Positions 41,500 to 56,994 of a stretch of DNA of 64,000 bases are shown here, piece by piece. Position numbers and translations under genes: made by a program. A model generated the notes under the pieces. The model searched no databases and was not told the origin of the DNA. It was given only the letters and a program-made list of their open reading frames with translations. The DNA is taken from NCBI RefSeq assembly GCF_009914755.1, contig NC_060930.1, one strand, 5' to 3'. Source of the DNA: the human T2T-CHM13v2.0 reference genome, Homo sapiens. The first letter of the stretch is position 1. The number at the start of each line of letters is the position of its first letter.

Positions 41500-43296
41500 A
41501 GACCCGTCTATCTCTGAAGTGGTCAGAAGTAAAAGCTATTTCCTGTTTGGTTTGTTTTTTTAAGAGAAAGACTATGATGTCAGAGGTACAAGACACCACG
41601 ATCATATTGCAACAGTCCTAAGATGGTGACACATGTCAGACAATCAGATCTTCTCAAATTCTTAAAATTATTATCCAGGATGAACTGATTTTCACCTAAA
41701 CATAAAGATCAAGAAGAATCAAGCTGCTTTTGTGTTCATATGAACAACAAAATGTCTCAAAATAAGCAAAACCTCAATTGAAAGAGAGGCTTGAGATTAC
41801 AACGTGAAAACTGTTTCTTGCCATTATTCTGTTTTGGGATATTCTTCTCTATAATGCATTTATCTCTAAAGAACATTCAATTTTTGAGACAGAAGAATAA
41901 CATAAAAGATTATTCCACAAGATAAAGAAAATGCCACTTTGACACAGACCTCTCCTTTTCTGTTTGTCATTCCCTTGACTTTGTAAAAAAGGAAAACCAT
42001 GTTCCTTGGATTTATTAAAAAAAAAAAAAGGGAAAAAACATTCTGTGTTGTTGTGTATACGTTTTTAAATTATCAATCTGCTCAGGACTGACAAACATGA
42101 AAAGAATTAATTTAATGCCAAAAAATCTGAGAAATAATTTATGTTTAACAAGTATGCCCCCTTATTCCTGTGTGTGTACTGTACAACAGTGTCCTACTCT
42201 TAAGAAAAGTGAGTTTAGAAAGATATTTGCTCATGTGGTTTTTCAAAATTGAGTATGACATTTCCTGGAAGTGATGGTGAAGGTAATCTCTGTATGACAA
42301 TTAACCCAGTCATCAGCACCATACACCTGGGCAAGGGGCTCAAGAATGAAAATCTCTACACTTCCCGCCTCTACTCCAGGTGGAAAGTCACAGGGTGGGA
42401 GGGCAGGCTTGAGATCCAAGAGAAGACTTTTAACACTTTAAGGTATATAGGCATAGCTCATAGCTGTCATGGGCTTGGTTCCAGACCACCATAATAAAGG
42501 GAATACTGCAATAAAGTGAGTCCCATGAATGTTTTGGTTTCCCAGTGCATATAAAAGCCATGTTTATACTATGCCATAGTCATATTAAGTGTACAAGAGC
42601 ATTATGTCTCAAAAAAGTACATACCTTAATTTAAAACTATTTTATTGCTAAAAATGCTAATGATCATCTGAGCATTCAGCAGCTTTTAATTTTTTGCTGG
42701 TAGAGGGTCTTGCCTCAACGCTGATGGCTGCTGACTGACCAGGGCAGTGGTTGCTGAAGATTGGGGTGACTATAGTGGTTCCATACAATAAAACGAAGAC
42801 AAAGTTGGCCCCATCATTTGACTCCTCCTTTCATGAAAGATTTCTCTGTAGCATATGGTGCTATTTGATTATATTTTACTCACGGTAGAATTTTTTCAAA
42901 ATTGGAGTCAATCCTCTCAAACCCTGCTGCTGCCTCATCAACTAAGTGTATGTAATATTCTAAATCCTTTGTTGTCATCTCAACAATGTTCACACCATCT
43001 TCACCAGGAGTAGATTCCATCTCAAGAAGCCACTTTCTTTGTTCACCCATAAGATGCGATTCCTCACCTGTTCAAGTTTGATTATGAGATTACAGCAATT
43101 CAGTCACATCTTCAGGCTCCACTTCTCATGCTATTTCTCTTGCTATTTCCACCATATCTGCAGTCACTTCCTCCACTGAAGTCTTGAAGCTCTGAAAGTC
43201 ATCCATGAGGGTTGAAACCAACTTTTTCAAAGCTCCTGTTAATGTTGATATTTTGTCTTTCACCCATGAATCATGAATCGTTTTAATGACATCTAG

Positions 43297-43649
<353 letters not shown>

Positions 43650-44989
43650 TCCAAAAGGTTTTCAATGTATTTTGCCCAGATCCGTCAGAGGAATCACTTT
43701 GAAAATGTGTTTTTAAATTGCAATTCTTAGAAGTCAAAAAAACTTCTTGATCCATGGGCTGCAGAATGGGTGTTGTGTCAGCAGGGATGAAAACAACATT
43801 CATGTCCTTGTACATCTCCATCAGAGCGCTTGGGTGACCAGGTACATTCTCAGTGAGTAGTTATATTTTGAAAGGAACCCTTCTTTCTGAGCAGTAGTTT
43901 TCAACAATGGGCTTAAAACATTGAGTAAACCATGGTGTAAACAGATGTACTGTAATCCCGACTTTGTTGTTCCCTTTATAGAGCACAGGCAGAGTCAACG
44001 TGGCCTAATTCTTAAGGGTCTTAGGATTTTAATGGTAAATGAGCATTTGCTCCCACTTAAAGTCACCAGCTGCATTAGCCCCTAACAAGGGAGTCAGCCT
44101 ATCCTTGGAAGCTTTGAAGCCAGGAATCGATTTTTTTTTATCCAACTATGAAAGTCCTAGATGGCATCTTTTTACAACAGAAGGCTGTTTCATCTGCACT
44201 GACAATCTATTGTTTAATGTAGCCAGATACATCAAACATTTAAGCTAGATCTTCTGGATAACTTGCTGCTTCACCTTGAACTTTCATACGATGTAGACGG
44301 CTTCTTTCCTTAAATCTCATGAACCAACCTCTGCTAACTTCAAACTTTTCTCATGCAACTTTCTCACCTCTCTCGGCCTTCACAGAATTGAAGAGAGTTA
44401 GGGCCTTGCTCTGGATTAGGTTTTGGCTTAAGGGAGTGTTGTGGCTGGTTTGATCTATCCAGACCAGAGTTTTTCCATATCAGTGATAAGGCTGTTTCAC
44501 TTTCTTAACATTCACGTGTTCACTGGAGTAGCACTTTTAATTTCCTTCAAGAGCTTTCACTTTGCATTCACAACTTGGATAACTTATTGGAGCAAGAGGC
44601 CTAGTTTTTGGCCTATCTCAGCTTTCAACGTCTTCCTCACTAAGCTTAATCATCTCTAACTTCTGATTTGAAGTAAGATGCAATTTTCCTTTCACTTAAA
44701 CACTTTGAGCCCATTGTAAGGTTATTATTAATAATTGGTCTTATTTCAATATTGTTGTATCTCTGGGATTAGGGAGGCCCAAGGGTGGGGAGAGAGATGT
44801 GGTGATGGGCGGTCACTGGAGCAGTTGGAACACACACATTTATCAAGTACGTTCACAATCTTATTTGGGCATGGTTTTTGGTACTGCAAACAATTGCAAC
44901 AGTAACCTCAAAGATCACTGATCACAGGTCACCATAACAGATATAATAATAATGAAAAAGTTAAATATTGTGAAAATTACCAAAATGTT

Positions 44990-45296
<307 letters not shown>

Positions 45297-45904
45297 TTAC
45301 CAAAATGTAACAGAGACACACAAATGAGCACAGGCTGCTGGAGAAATGGCACTGATGGAGTGGCTCAGGGCAGGGTTGCCACAAACCTTCAATCTGTAAA
45401 AATCACAATATCTGCCAAGTGCGATACGATAGACGGCAATAAAACCAGGTGTGCCTGGACAATTTTTATAGTGATTGCTGTGAGTAGGTGTGGGAGGATG
45501 TGGGGTAAGGACAGGGAGGAGCTGGTGGAAACAAACCTTTTAAAGTAGCTCAGGCTCTGGGAAAGGCCTCAGTTTGTTTTCTCTCTAGAGTTGGCTCTGG
45601 CTGAAGAGGATGGATGGGGTGATGAGGAAAGCTTAATTTAAATAGAGTCCCACCTGGACTGGGATCACTGCTGGCCTGAGTTCTCTATTAGCTGGTGACT
45701 CAAGCATAATTAGTGAGGGGCCCACATGATGAGCCTCGATTTTGATCCAGGTCTGAACCATGCATTATTTTAGTATCTGGACAAGGAATACATGTTTTTT
45801 TCATCAGTCTTTATTTTATTTGGATCTGTTCTATATTGCGAGTTGATTTTGTCTTTCCAACTGAGATTGGAAACCCTTAGAATTAACTGTTTTTTACCTT
45901 AATG

Positions 45905-46200
45905 TGGTATTATCATTTTTTCTGTAAAACATGTAGAAAGGGCCAGATAGTAAATAATTTAGCATGTGAGGTCCATATATTCCCTTCTGCAACTACTCAA
46001 CTTCATGCTGTTGTGACAACATTTTATTTATAGGCACTGGAAATTGAATTTCATATAATTTTCATGTATCACAAAATATTATTCTTTAAACAAAGAATTG
46101 CAACCTTGTAAAAATGTAAAATACATTCTTAGCTCATGCCCTGTACAACAGCAGACTGCTGGCCACATTTAGTCAGAGGGCCTCAGTGTGCTGACCTCTC
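45905..46200 (+). mobile_element. MER58B
   Basis: aagggccagatagtaaata...gcaactactcaact...ttgaatttcatataattttcatgt...cattcttagctca. Confidence 0.75.
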
Positions 46201-46363
46201 ATCTTGTTTTATTCTAAATTATGGAAAAGCAGATATATAAAAACATGAAAAGATGATGATGAAAATAGAAAAAAGGTGGTAATGATGATGTCTGTTTAGA
46301 TTAATTACATAAGCAGATAAATACTTGCCATAGTAAAGAGCTATTTGGCATCATAATGAGTGA

Positions 46364-46756
<393 letters not shown>

Positions 46757-46952
46757 AAATCTTTTAATTTCTTTAATCCCAATCTTTTACTTCTAAGATA
46801 ATGGAAATGGATTATAATGTTTCTAAGATCATTTTCACTATTGAGATTATTCCATCCTTGTTTACAACTGCTATCTTCTCCCGTGTATAACTAGCTACCA
46901 ATTTACTATTGTTTTACGTATAGTATACACAATTATAAGACGCAAGATCCTA

Positions 46953-47300
<348 letters not shown>

Positions 47301-47792
47301 GGAAATTAATACTTTGCTCTTAATTTGTCCTTAAAGCACAGGCTGTTTGTGGAGAAGCACAATCTTTAGGCCTCTTAATGATTTGTAGCATATCATCACT
47401 AAGCAGACATTTTGAAAAGGCTAAGAAAGATGAAATCAAAGTAGAATATAAATTATACATCAGATAAGTCCCATTATGAGGAGGGAAAAAAATATTTGGA
47501 TGCACATGGCCTACCTCTTGCTGTCATCAAAAGCACTTGTCAGGATGAGGCCCTTGCAGCAGGTACTAGAGTTCTACTGATTTAGACTTCAATGGCTGGT
47601 GTGTTGTATTTTATAGTGTAAAATAATTACAATTACTTTAAAAATTGTTATGGTCCAGCACAGGCCCTATAAATGGCATAATAAATAGTCTATAAATAAT
47701 AATGTGAACCTCACTGGAACTAAACCACATTTTCCCATTTTTCTAAAGCAGAACATGCTAAGAAATAGAAGTTATTAAAAATTAAAGGGGAT

Positions 47793-48122
<330 letters not shown>

Positions 48123-48781
48123 TCAACCCATACACATGCTTTTAAGAGCCCTGTGCTATGTTTTGAGCTGATAAATACGAGGCCAAGAAGAAATTAACCT
48201 CACAATGATTATATTTTTTAGTATAATGGTTTCTATTTAACTTGAGCATACTTAAAACGAATGCATCACCTAGAAGCCACATCACCCCGCTTCAACTCAG
48301 ACTCTGCTGTTTCTGTCAAGAGAATCACATTTCTTCCACTCACAACACAAACATGCTGTCCTTGACCCACCCTCTGCGTCGTCTTAATCACCAAGCCTTG
48401 TGGATCCCTCCTTTGAAAGAGCTCTTCAGCTGTCTTCTCCCTTTTGTTTTCCTGCCAACTTATTCATTGTCTTCTTCCCAGGGCAGACCACAGTTCTGGC
48501 ACATACAGGAGACCCAAAATTGTCTATGAAAGGGAGAAGTGAAGGTAGTCCTCAGATAGTTTATGTACCAGGACAAACTAGCTACATGTGGGAAGATAAT
48601 CTACACAGGTTTAATTCAGCTGATGGGTTGATTTCAGAAGATTTCAGCCCATTTTATTATTTTGTTTCTTCCTTTTTTACTTAAAAAACAAACATATATT
48701 GAGCATTTATTATGTACCAACAAAACAAAATAAAATACCAATCATCTATGTATTGAGGGTAGAGGATAGAAAAGTACATTT

Positions 48782-48871
48782 TCTCCCATTCAAGTACTAA
48801 CCAGGGCCGACCTTGCTTAGCTTCCAAGATCAGAGGAGATCAGGCACGTTCAGGGTGGTATGGTCATAGAC
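48782..48871 (-). pseudogene. 5S rRNA retropseudogene (nt 1-90, 3'-truncated, tailless)
   Basis: Minus strand GTCTATGACCATACCACCCTGAACGTGCCTGATCTCCTCTGATCTTGGAAGCTAAGCAAGGTCGGCCCTGGTTAGTACTTGAATGGGAGA; TSD agaaaagtacattt/agagaagtacgttt. Confidence 0.95.
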
Positions 48872-49699
48872 AGAGAAGTACGTTTCCTAATATTAAGATA
48901 TTGGGCTGTTCTCAGAGTGCCTACAATTGGGAAGAAAAGTGGTACAAAGAAAATGACAAAATCAGAAGCCCCCCCACAGCTCAGCACATACTCTATTACC
49001 AAATTAGTGATACGGATGTCAAGTGCTGTGGGTCATGAAGAAAAGGGGATGGCTGTGTTTCAATGTCCTTTAACTTTTCATGCACTCAGACTTGGTCTAA
49101 TTCAGGCCACACAGAACAAAGCTAGCTGAATCTTGCTGTCTCCCACATTCTCAAATCAAACACACCTTACATAATTATCTCATGTTCTTCTTTTTAGAAT
49201 TATGTATGCCACTGTTTCCTTTTGTTGGCATGAGTCAGAGTACATTTAACACGACTTATTTACTTCTCTACTAAAAAAAATTTTTAATGTTTCATGATCA
49301 GAAGGCTATCAATATTTTATATTAATCACTGAGTAAATATATCAGTAGAGCTATTTAAAAATCCTGCTGGCCTGTGAAGGAAAGGCAATACGAGAGAAAT
49401 GATTAATTATTAACTGATAAGGATTAATTACTGACCATATATTATGTGCCAGCGACAGTGCCAACTGTTTTCATGGACCTCCTCTTCTTTAATTCTTGCA
49501 ATGGACATTGGTGATAGGTAGGTCTCCTTGTTATGAAGAATGTTTTTAGAGGTAACTAGAGAACTCTGGGGAGTTAGGCTGGGAATCATGGAATAGTTCT
49601 TTTGCCTAAATGAGACATGGGGAAAAATACTGAAGAGAGATTTTCTTGGGGGATGAAATTAGAGATAGGGTAATCATCTACTCTTCAGAGTCAGAAGAT

Positions 49700-49800
49700 A
49701 GATGCAGAAGACAGAGAAGGGGAGAGGAGAGAGGAGGAGGAGGATGAGGAGAGAGAGAGAGAAAATAAGAGAGAGAAAATAAGAATAAGAGGGAAAATAA
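49700..49800. repeat. GA-rich low-complexity tract
   Basis: Nearly pure purine run (gga/gaga/aataag). Confidence 0.85.
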
Positions 49801-50589
49801 GATAGATACTTTGTAGCAATTTAAACGTATAGAGATTATTTCTAGAGTTTTCAGTAAGCTATGAGTTTTCCTGGGAGCTGTTTTAATCATTTCTTTTTTG
49901 GAAAATACACCATCACAGAATGTTTCTTATTTTACATCATTAGACGTATGATGGTATCTCTTCCAGAGACATGGCCCCCAAAAGTCTGTGATAGAGAAAA
50001 ACCATATGGTACTTTTGGTGCAGTCATTTAAGGAACATGAAGAAAGAGCCCTACTTTGTATTAATTTGGGGTCTACCTGGAAAGGCCCTTCAGAGAGAAA
50101 CTTGTGTTACTATTGCCTCAGCCACCCTAAAGCCATGCACACACTTAGAACTCAGGGTGCAGTTTTTAGACATTATTCCAAATGAGGATGTTGCACTCTA
50201 CTTTAAAAAGTATAATAAAAAGTGTTATATTTTACAATCCTAGACTCTACAAAGAATGATAGGATATTCTCAGGGATCGCTTTGCAGCAGAGGGAACTGG
50301 ACCAGCCAGAGCCCTCTTCCTTGCAGTTGGACAGCACAAAGCTCCCTGTACACACTTTTTAAAACATAAGTTGTACATGTGAAGGTATTTGGTGGCTATC
50401 ATATGAAGTTTAAGATGTGTGGCTATTTTTCCCTTCCATGGATATGGATAGGAAATCAAACATGGGTTTTAAGCATGTATTTCTCAGCTGGTGTAGTCTG
50501 TGTTCAGAATACTTAACATATCTGTGCTATAAAACTCCCATGTATATTTGCATATGGGACACACCACAGGCACGAGGACGTGAACGGCT

Positions 50590-51030
50590 CTAGCATTCAC
50601 TGACCGTCTTCTGTGTGCCAAACCTCAGTGGGGCACTTTAATAATCCTCTCATTTAATTTTCACAGAAACCTATAAAATAGGTATCTGAATCATTACATA
50701 TTCAAATATTTCAGTGACTCTTCACTGAGCAGCGACTTTTGCCAGGTGTTCTTGCAGGGCTCACAGCAGACGCATTTCAGCCCTATTTAGCTTACATTCT
50801 AGTGGGAGAGAGAATAAATAGACAAACAAGTGCGATAAGATGCTATGGAAGGGTAAGTGCATGAGGAACTACACAGCAGGATTGGGGACAGAGAACGTCA
50901 GTGGGAGGACGCAGCAGCTGAGTGGGGGTCCTATTTTTCAGAATAAGGTCAGGAGATGTCTCCTGCACAGATTCGAAAAGGTGAGAAGATGAGCCATAAG
51001 CCATTGAATAACTTGACTAAAATCACCCTG
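50590..51030 (-). mobile_element. MIR with nested L2 3' fragment
   Basis: MIR tgtgtgcca...tctcatttaattttcaca, then L2 cttacattctagtgggagaga...gataagatgctatg...ggtcaggaga. Confidence 0.6.
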
Positions 51031-51189
51031 AGAATGCATTTATATATTTAAACAGGGCAGCATTTAATACCTCTAGGGATTATGTAGGACACTTGTATTG
51101 CTTTATCTTTCTCAAATCTTCTCCATTGCATCAAGTATCCAATCTGTTCATAAATTTGTCTTAATTAATGCCCTCATATCAGACATACC

Positions 51190-51500
51190 TCATAGCCAGC
51201 ATCAGGCGCTCCTGTCCTCAACTCCATGTGGGCCCTGATCAACCCTGGCGCTTTGCCTCCTGTTCTGGGCTTTCCTGGTCACACAGAGGGCATTTACTGA
51301 TACCCACAATGCTTAATCCATGGTCCCTCATATTAAAGCCATCTGCTGGGCTTAGCAGCAGCCAGCTCCATAAAGTGTCCTAGTTTCCCTGCTTCACTCC
51401 CCAGCCCTCCCGCCTCTGTCCTGGGACTAGGACTGTAACGGAGTAAGAGCACCTGAGCCCTCTGCCTCAGGCTCTGCTTCCTGGAGAGCCCAGGCTCTTA
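51190..51500 (+). mobile_element. LTR33-like fragment
   Basis: gagcacctgagccctctgcctcaggctctgcttcctggagagcccaggct terminus. Confidence 0.5.
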
Positions 51501-51824
51501 TATTATATTTCAAAATCCCAGAGGAGAAGGAGACCTGTCTTCATTTTTCATCTCTCCCAGTGTCACAAATAGAGTTATTCTCCTGAGGGTTAACCAGAAG
51601 TTATTCCAATTTTGGGTCCAATTGTGAACTGATGGCTGTAAGACATACAGTAATGACTTTTTTTTTTTTTTTTTCCAAAAAACCTAGATGCGAGCTAGTG
51701 TGTGGCTGGTTGTCAAGCAGAAAACTGGCTGATAACAAGGGAGGGAGCTGGGAGCTTGGAACAGGGGATCGATGAAATAAATCGGCTGAAAATGCAGAAT
51801 GAAATAAAGGCACGTTCTCAATGA

Positions 51825-52255
51825 ATCTGCGCTGAGTCCCCCAAACCTCCACTCACACCCCAGTTGCAGTCAGTGTGCGTCTCTTCCTTCGAAGCACGCG
51901 TCAGTCTCGGGGACTCCATCTCTGGAGCCTTTCCCGGGCCTGCCTCTCCCGGTCCTTCCCTGTAGAAACGGTCTCTCCTACCCCAGACACTCCTTCTCGC
52001 TCCATGTTTGGAACATGCTTACTCTGAAGTTAGATATCCTGGGGCATAAGTTATACTGTGGCGTGTTTGGAAACTATGCAAGCATGAAATATACACAGTC
52101 ACGAGACAGAAGAGGAGGCACGAAAAACCACCCCGACACCCAGCTTTTCCTGACGGGAACTAAATACAATGCGTATCGGACTCGAGAAATTCCGAGGAAT
52201 GGAAAGGAAAATCGCCGGTAGCATCCACCGCGCATCAGACACGAGTCACACTGAC
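51825..52255. promoter_or_regulatory. Small orphan CpG-rich island
   Basis: About 24 CpGs counted in about 430 bp of non-repeat sequence; flanks are CpG-depleted. Confidence 0.55.
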
Positions 52256-52574
52256 AGCCAGAAAAAAATGGAAATCCCCTTCCTAGAAAGAAAAGAACTA
52301 TTTTATATCCCAAACTACAAAATTAAAACAACAACAACAACAAAACAAGTCTGCCAGTTGAGGCGTTTGATTGTAGAAGGCAGGCCACTGTGATAAGCAT
52401 TTGACTCTCGTCAAAAAAAATTCCTGTTTCCCTTGAAATCTTTGCCCTATTTCCCCTACTATTAACTTGGCCATAGTCACTTTCCTCTAAGCTTTCAAAA
52501 TTTCCTAGAGGCTTGCGATTATTTTATATATCTAAACAATATATTTAAGACTTTTAAAAGACCTGTTTTTTGTT

Positions 52575-53973
52575 TATATATAAATAAAAATTATATACTA
52601 TATATAAAATATATAAATATATAAAATATATAATATATATAAAAGAAATATATATTATATGTAAAATATAATATATAAAATATATATTATATGTAAAATA
52701 TAATATATAAAATATATATTATATGTAAAATATAATATATAAAATATATATTATATGTAAAATATAATATATAATATATATTATATGTAAAATATAATAT
52801 ATATTATATATAATATATAATATATATTATATATAATATATAATATATATTATATGTAAAATATAATATATAATATATATAATATATAATATATAATATA
52901 TATTATATGTAAAATATAATATATAATATATATTATATGTAAAATATAATATATAATATATATTATATATAATATATATTACATGTAAAATATTATATAT
53001 AAAATATATATTACATGTAAAATATTATATATAAAATATATATTACATGTAAAATATTATATATAAAATATATATTATATGTAAAATATTATATATAAAA
53101 TATATATTATATGTAAAATATTATATGTAAAATATATATTATATGTAAAATATATTATATGTAAAATATATATTATATGTAAAATATATTATATGTAAAA
53201 TATATATTATATGTAAAATATATATTATGTAAAATATATATTATATGTAAAATATATATTATGTAAAATATATATTGTATGTAAAATATATATTACATAT
53301 AATATGTGTAATATATAAATATATATTACATATAAAATGTATAATAAAATATATAATATATAAAATGTACAATATATATAAAATATATAATATATAAAAT
53401 GTACAATATATATAAAATATATAATATATAAAATGTACAATATATATAAAATATATAATATATAAAATGTACAATATATAAAATGTACTATATATAAAAT
53501 ATATAATATATATAAAATATATAATATATAAAATGTATAATAAATAAAATGTATAAGATATATAAAATGTATAATATATAAAATATATATAATATATAAA
53601 ATGTATAATATATAAAATATATAAAATATATATAAAATGTAAAATATAAAATATATAATATATAATATATAATATATATTATAAAATATAAAATATAAAA
53701 TATAATATAATATATTATAGGTACTTTATATATAATATATAATATATTATATTATATACTTTATATATAATATATTATATATTATATATAAAGTATATAA
53801 TATAATAAATTATATATTATATATAAAGTATATACATTATATATAAAGTATATATGATATATTATATATAAAGTATATATATTATATATAAAGTATATAT
53901 TATATATAATATATATAAAAATATACAATACATATATAATATAAAATATATGTGTGTGTGTATATATGTATAC
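52575..53973. repeat. TA-rich degenerate tandem array (about 1.4 kb)
   Basis: Successive units such as tatatattatatgtaaaatataatatataaaa (32 bp), tatatattacatgtaaaatattatatataaaa and tatataaaatgtacaa variants. Confidence 0.97.
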
Positions 53974-53974
53974 A

Positions 53975-54263
53975 TTTTTTTCTGAGACAGAGTCTCACTC
54001 TGTTTCCCAGGCTAGAGTGGAGTGGCTTGATCTCTGCTGACTGCAACCTCCTCCTCCCGGGTTCAAGTTATTCTCATGCCTCAGCCTCCCAGTAGCTGGG
54101 ATTACATGTGCGAGCCATCACACCTGGCTAATTTTTGTATTTTTTGTAGAGACGGGGTTTCATCATGTTGGGCAGGCTGGTCACAACTCCTGACCCCACG
54201 TTATCTGCCTGCCTCGGCCTCCCAAAGTGCTGGGATTACAGGCGTGAGCCACTGTGCCTGGCC
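53975..54263 (-). mobile_element. AluS
   Basis: Antisense Alu whose tail abuts the TA array. Confidence 0.96.
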
Positions 54264-54781
54264 TGTTTATGAATATATTCTCATCAGCACCTGTCAACTG
54301 CTGAAACTATGGAAAATGGGCTAGGAGCTCTGCTCAACACTGCGGCTATGGCAATAAGAGGTATCATGGCAGTCCTCACAAATCTCCCTCTTGTTGAATG
54401 GGGATCTGATGAGAGACTAACATTTAGAAGAGGCTCTGTCCGTTTTGACACAGGAGGAACTTTTAGTATTTCATGTGGGACCCCAAGGCCACAATGGCAT
54501 GGAAATGACTGTCAGCATTCACCTAACTGCTCTGAGGAAATGTGCCCGTGGTGACATAATTAGTAAAGTGAGACACAGGATCTTGACCTCGAACTCATGT
54601 CCTATGATCCTCCCCTCACTGGCATCCCACTCATAAGTACTGGGGCCATGCAGGATGTTACCAGATGTTCCATGGGTGCCGTTATGTAACCCATGACTTT
54701 GACCTTCACTCAACACTGTAGGACCTGAGACTTACATTCCCAGGTAGTGAAAGACTCTCAGAAGGCAGGAGTATCAGAGGA

Positions 54782-54940
54782 TGTGCTGAAACCTACATAT
54801 CTTCAGCCATTGCTTTTCCTGTTCATTAGCTACCAAATATAAATGGTTTAATATTTTTGTGCTGAAAGACACATATCTTATGTCATTGCTTTTCCTGTCT
54901 CATTAGTTACCAAACAAATATAAATGTTTTAACATTTTTG
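54782..54940. repeat. Two-copy 76-bp tandem duplication
   Basis: tgtgctgaaa...acatatctt...cattgcttttcctgt...cattag.taccaaa...tataaatg.tttaa.atttttg at 54782 and 54858. Confidence 0.9.
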
Positions 54941-55088
54941 CTTTCTTTTAAGCCATATTGATTATTACACTGCTTCTTCTGGGTACTTAAACTATATTAC
55001 TGAATATCTCCCATCATCCTTGATTTTGAGATTATTGTCTTTCCATTTTTTGTTTTTTGGATGCCAATAATTTTTTACTCATCGTTAC

Positions 55089-55429
<341 letters not shown>

Positions 55430-56232
55430 TAATATATCCCTACATTAAGATCCTATTATTTTCAACATGTATGTGATTTTGAAAATATTCTTTTATTTTC
55501 TACTATTATTTTTTCTATTCTCCTATCACAGTTGGATGTTTAGAAGCCAGTATCTGTAGAATATTTTAAGTTTTATAGACTAATTGATCTCCTCAAACAC
55601 TGATAAAGATCCCTCCCTCCTTCTTAAAAAATACCCACTGGAAACCATTGAAATCTTTCATATTCAATTCAAAATGTCAAGTCTATTAAAATTTAATTCT
55701 TATTGAAATATTTGATTTGCCATTTTTCAGAAGTATTCATACTTCTTGACTAGAACTGCTCATTTGCAATCTAGAGACCTATTCTGAGCATCAGGTCCTT
55801 TTGATAAAGGATATATTGACCATCACAATGGACGCAAATGATTCAATGCCTGAATCCTATATGTAGTCCCGACCTTCCCTCTTGCACAGAGACTCTTTTT
55901 CAAGCCACGTAGTTGCCTGAACCTTCATTTCTGATGCAGGTGTGCACAGTGGTAGTCATAGAGGAGGAAACTGTGAAGCAGCCCAAATCCCACTGGTGTC
56001 CCCCACTCCAGCCACGGCGGCCCCATTCCTCCTGTCTGGACCCTGCTAGGTGAGGACAGCCTCAGGCTCCTGTGAAGGGCTCATGTTCCCGACCATCCCA
56101 GAGCTCTCACCACTGCCCTCCATGGCCCCTCCAGGGAAACACCTCTCCAAATTTTGCCATTTCATGGCCTACATCATGACTATTTTAAGCAAGACTAAAG
56201 GCTGATAATGCAAATATGGAAACATATTTGCA

Positions 56233-56538
56233 TTTTTTTTTTTTTTTTGAGACAGAGCCTCGTTGTGTCACCCAGGCTGGAGTGCAGTGGCGCGATCTCA
56301 GCTCACTGCAAGCTCAGCCTCCTGGGTTCACGCTGTTCTCCTGCCTCGGCCTCTTGAGTAACTGAGACTACAGGTGCCCGCCACCAAGCCTGGCTAATTT
56401 TTTTTTTCTTTTGTATTTTTAGTAGAGACAGGGTTACACCGTGTTAGCCAGGATGGTCTTGATCTACTGACCTCATGATCTGCCCGCCTCAGCCTCCCAA
56501 AGTGCTGGGATTACAGGCGGGAGCCACCACGCCCGGCC
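56233..56538 (-). mobile_element. AluY
   Basis: gcaagctc and gtgttagccaggatggtc; TSD catatttgcatttt. Confidence 0.96.
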
Positions 56539-56994
56539 CATATTTGCATTTTAAAAAGAGCTTTAGTTAAGAGTGACCGAAGAGAGAATGTGAAGCCCCC
56601 TGGCAGTTGCTAGGATGGCATGTGGGGTGGACAGGCCTTGTAAGGTCCCCTAAATTCCCCCGTGTAGACAGTGACACACTCCCATATATGCAGTATGGCG
56701 CTCAATGAGGGAGTGGGTGGGCTCATTTTATGCAAAAGGGATGTGATAACAGCTAAGCCATCCCATGGCCGACACTTGGAGGTGTTCTCTTGAAGGGTGG
56801 GTCAGCCTCTTCCTCTCTGCTGGCCAGTTTCTTGTGTCAAAGAGCCATGGATTCTCTACACAGTCGGCTGGAGGGAGCTATGAAGCTAGTGGCTCGGAAT
56901 GGGGAAAGAGTAAATGCTCCAAATCAAAATGAAACGTATTTGCTGATTACAACCGATGAGTTGCTCCAGTCGGCTCGATGTCAAAAGTAGAAAG

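Noticed and set aside
48782-48871. Functional 5S rRNA gene
   Set aside because: Lacks the 3' about 30 nt, has multiple substitutions and is flanked by a TSD
53225-53474. Y/I-rich ORFs
   Set aside because: Artefacts of the TA array
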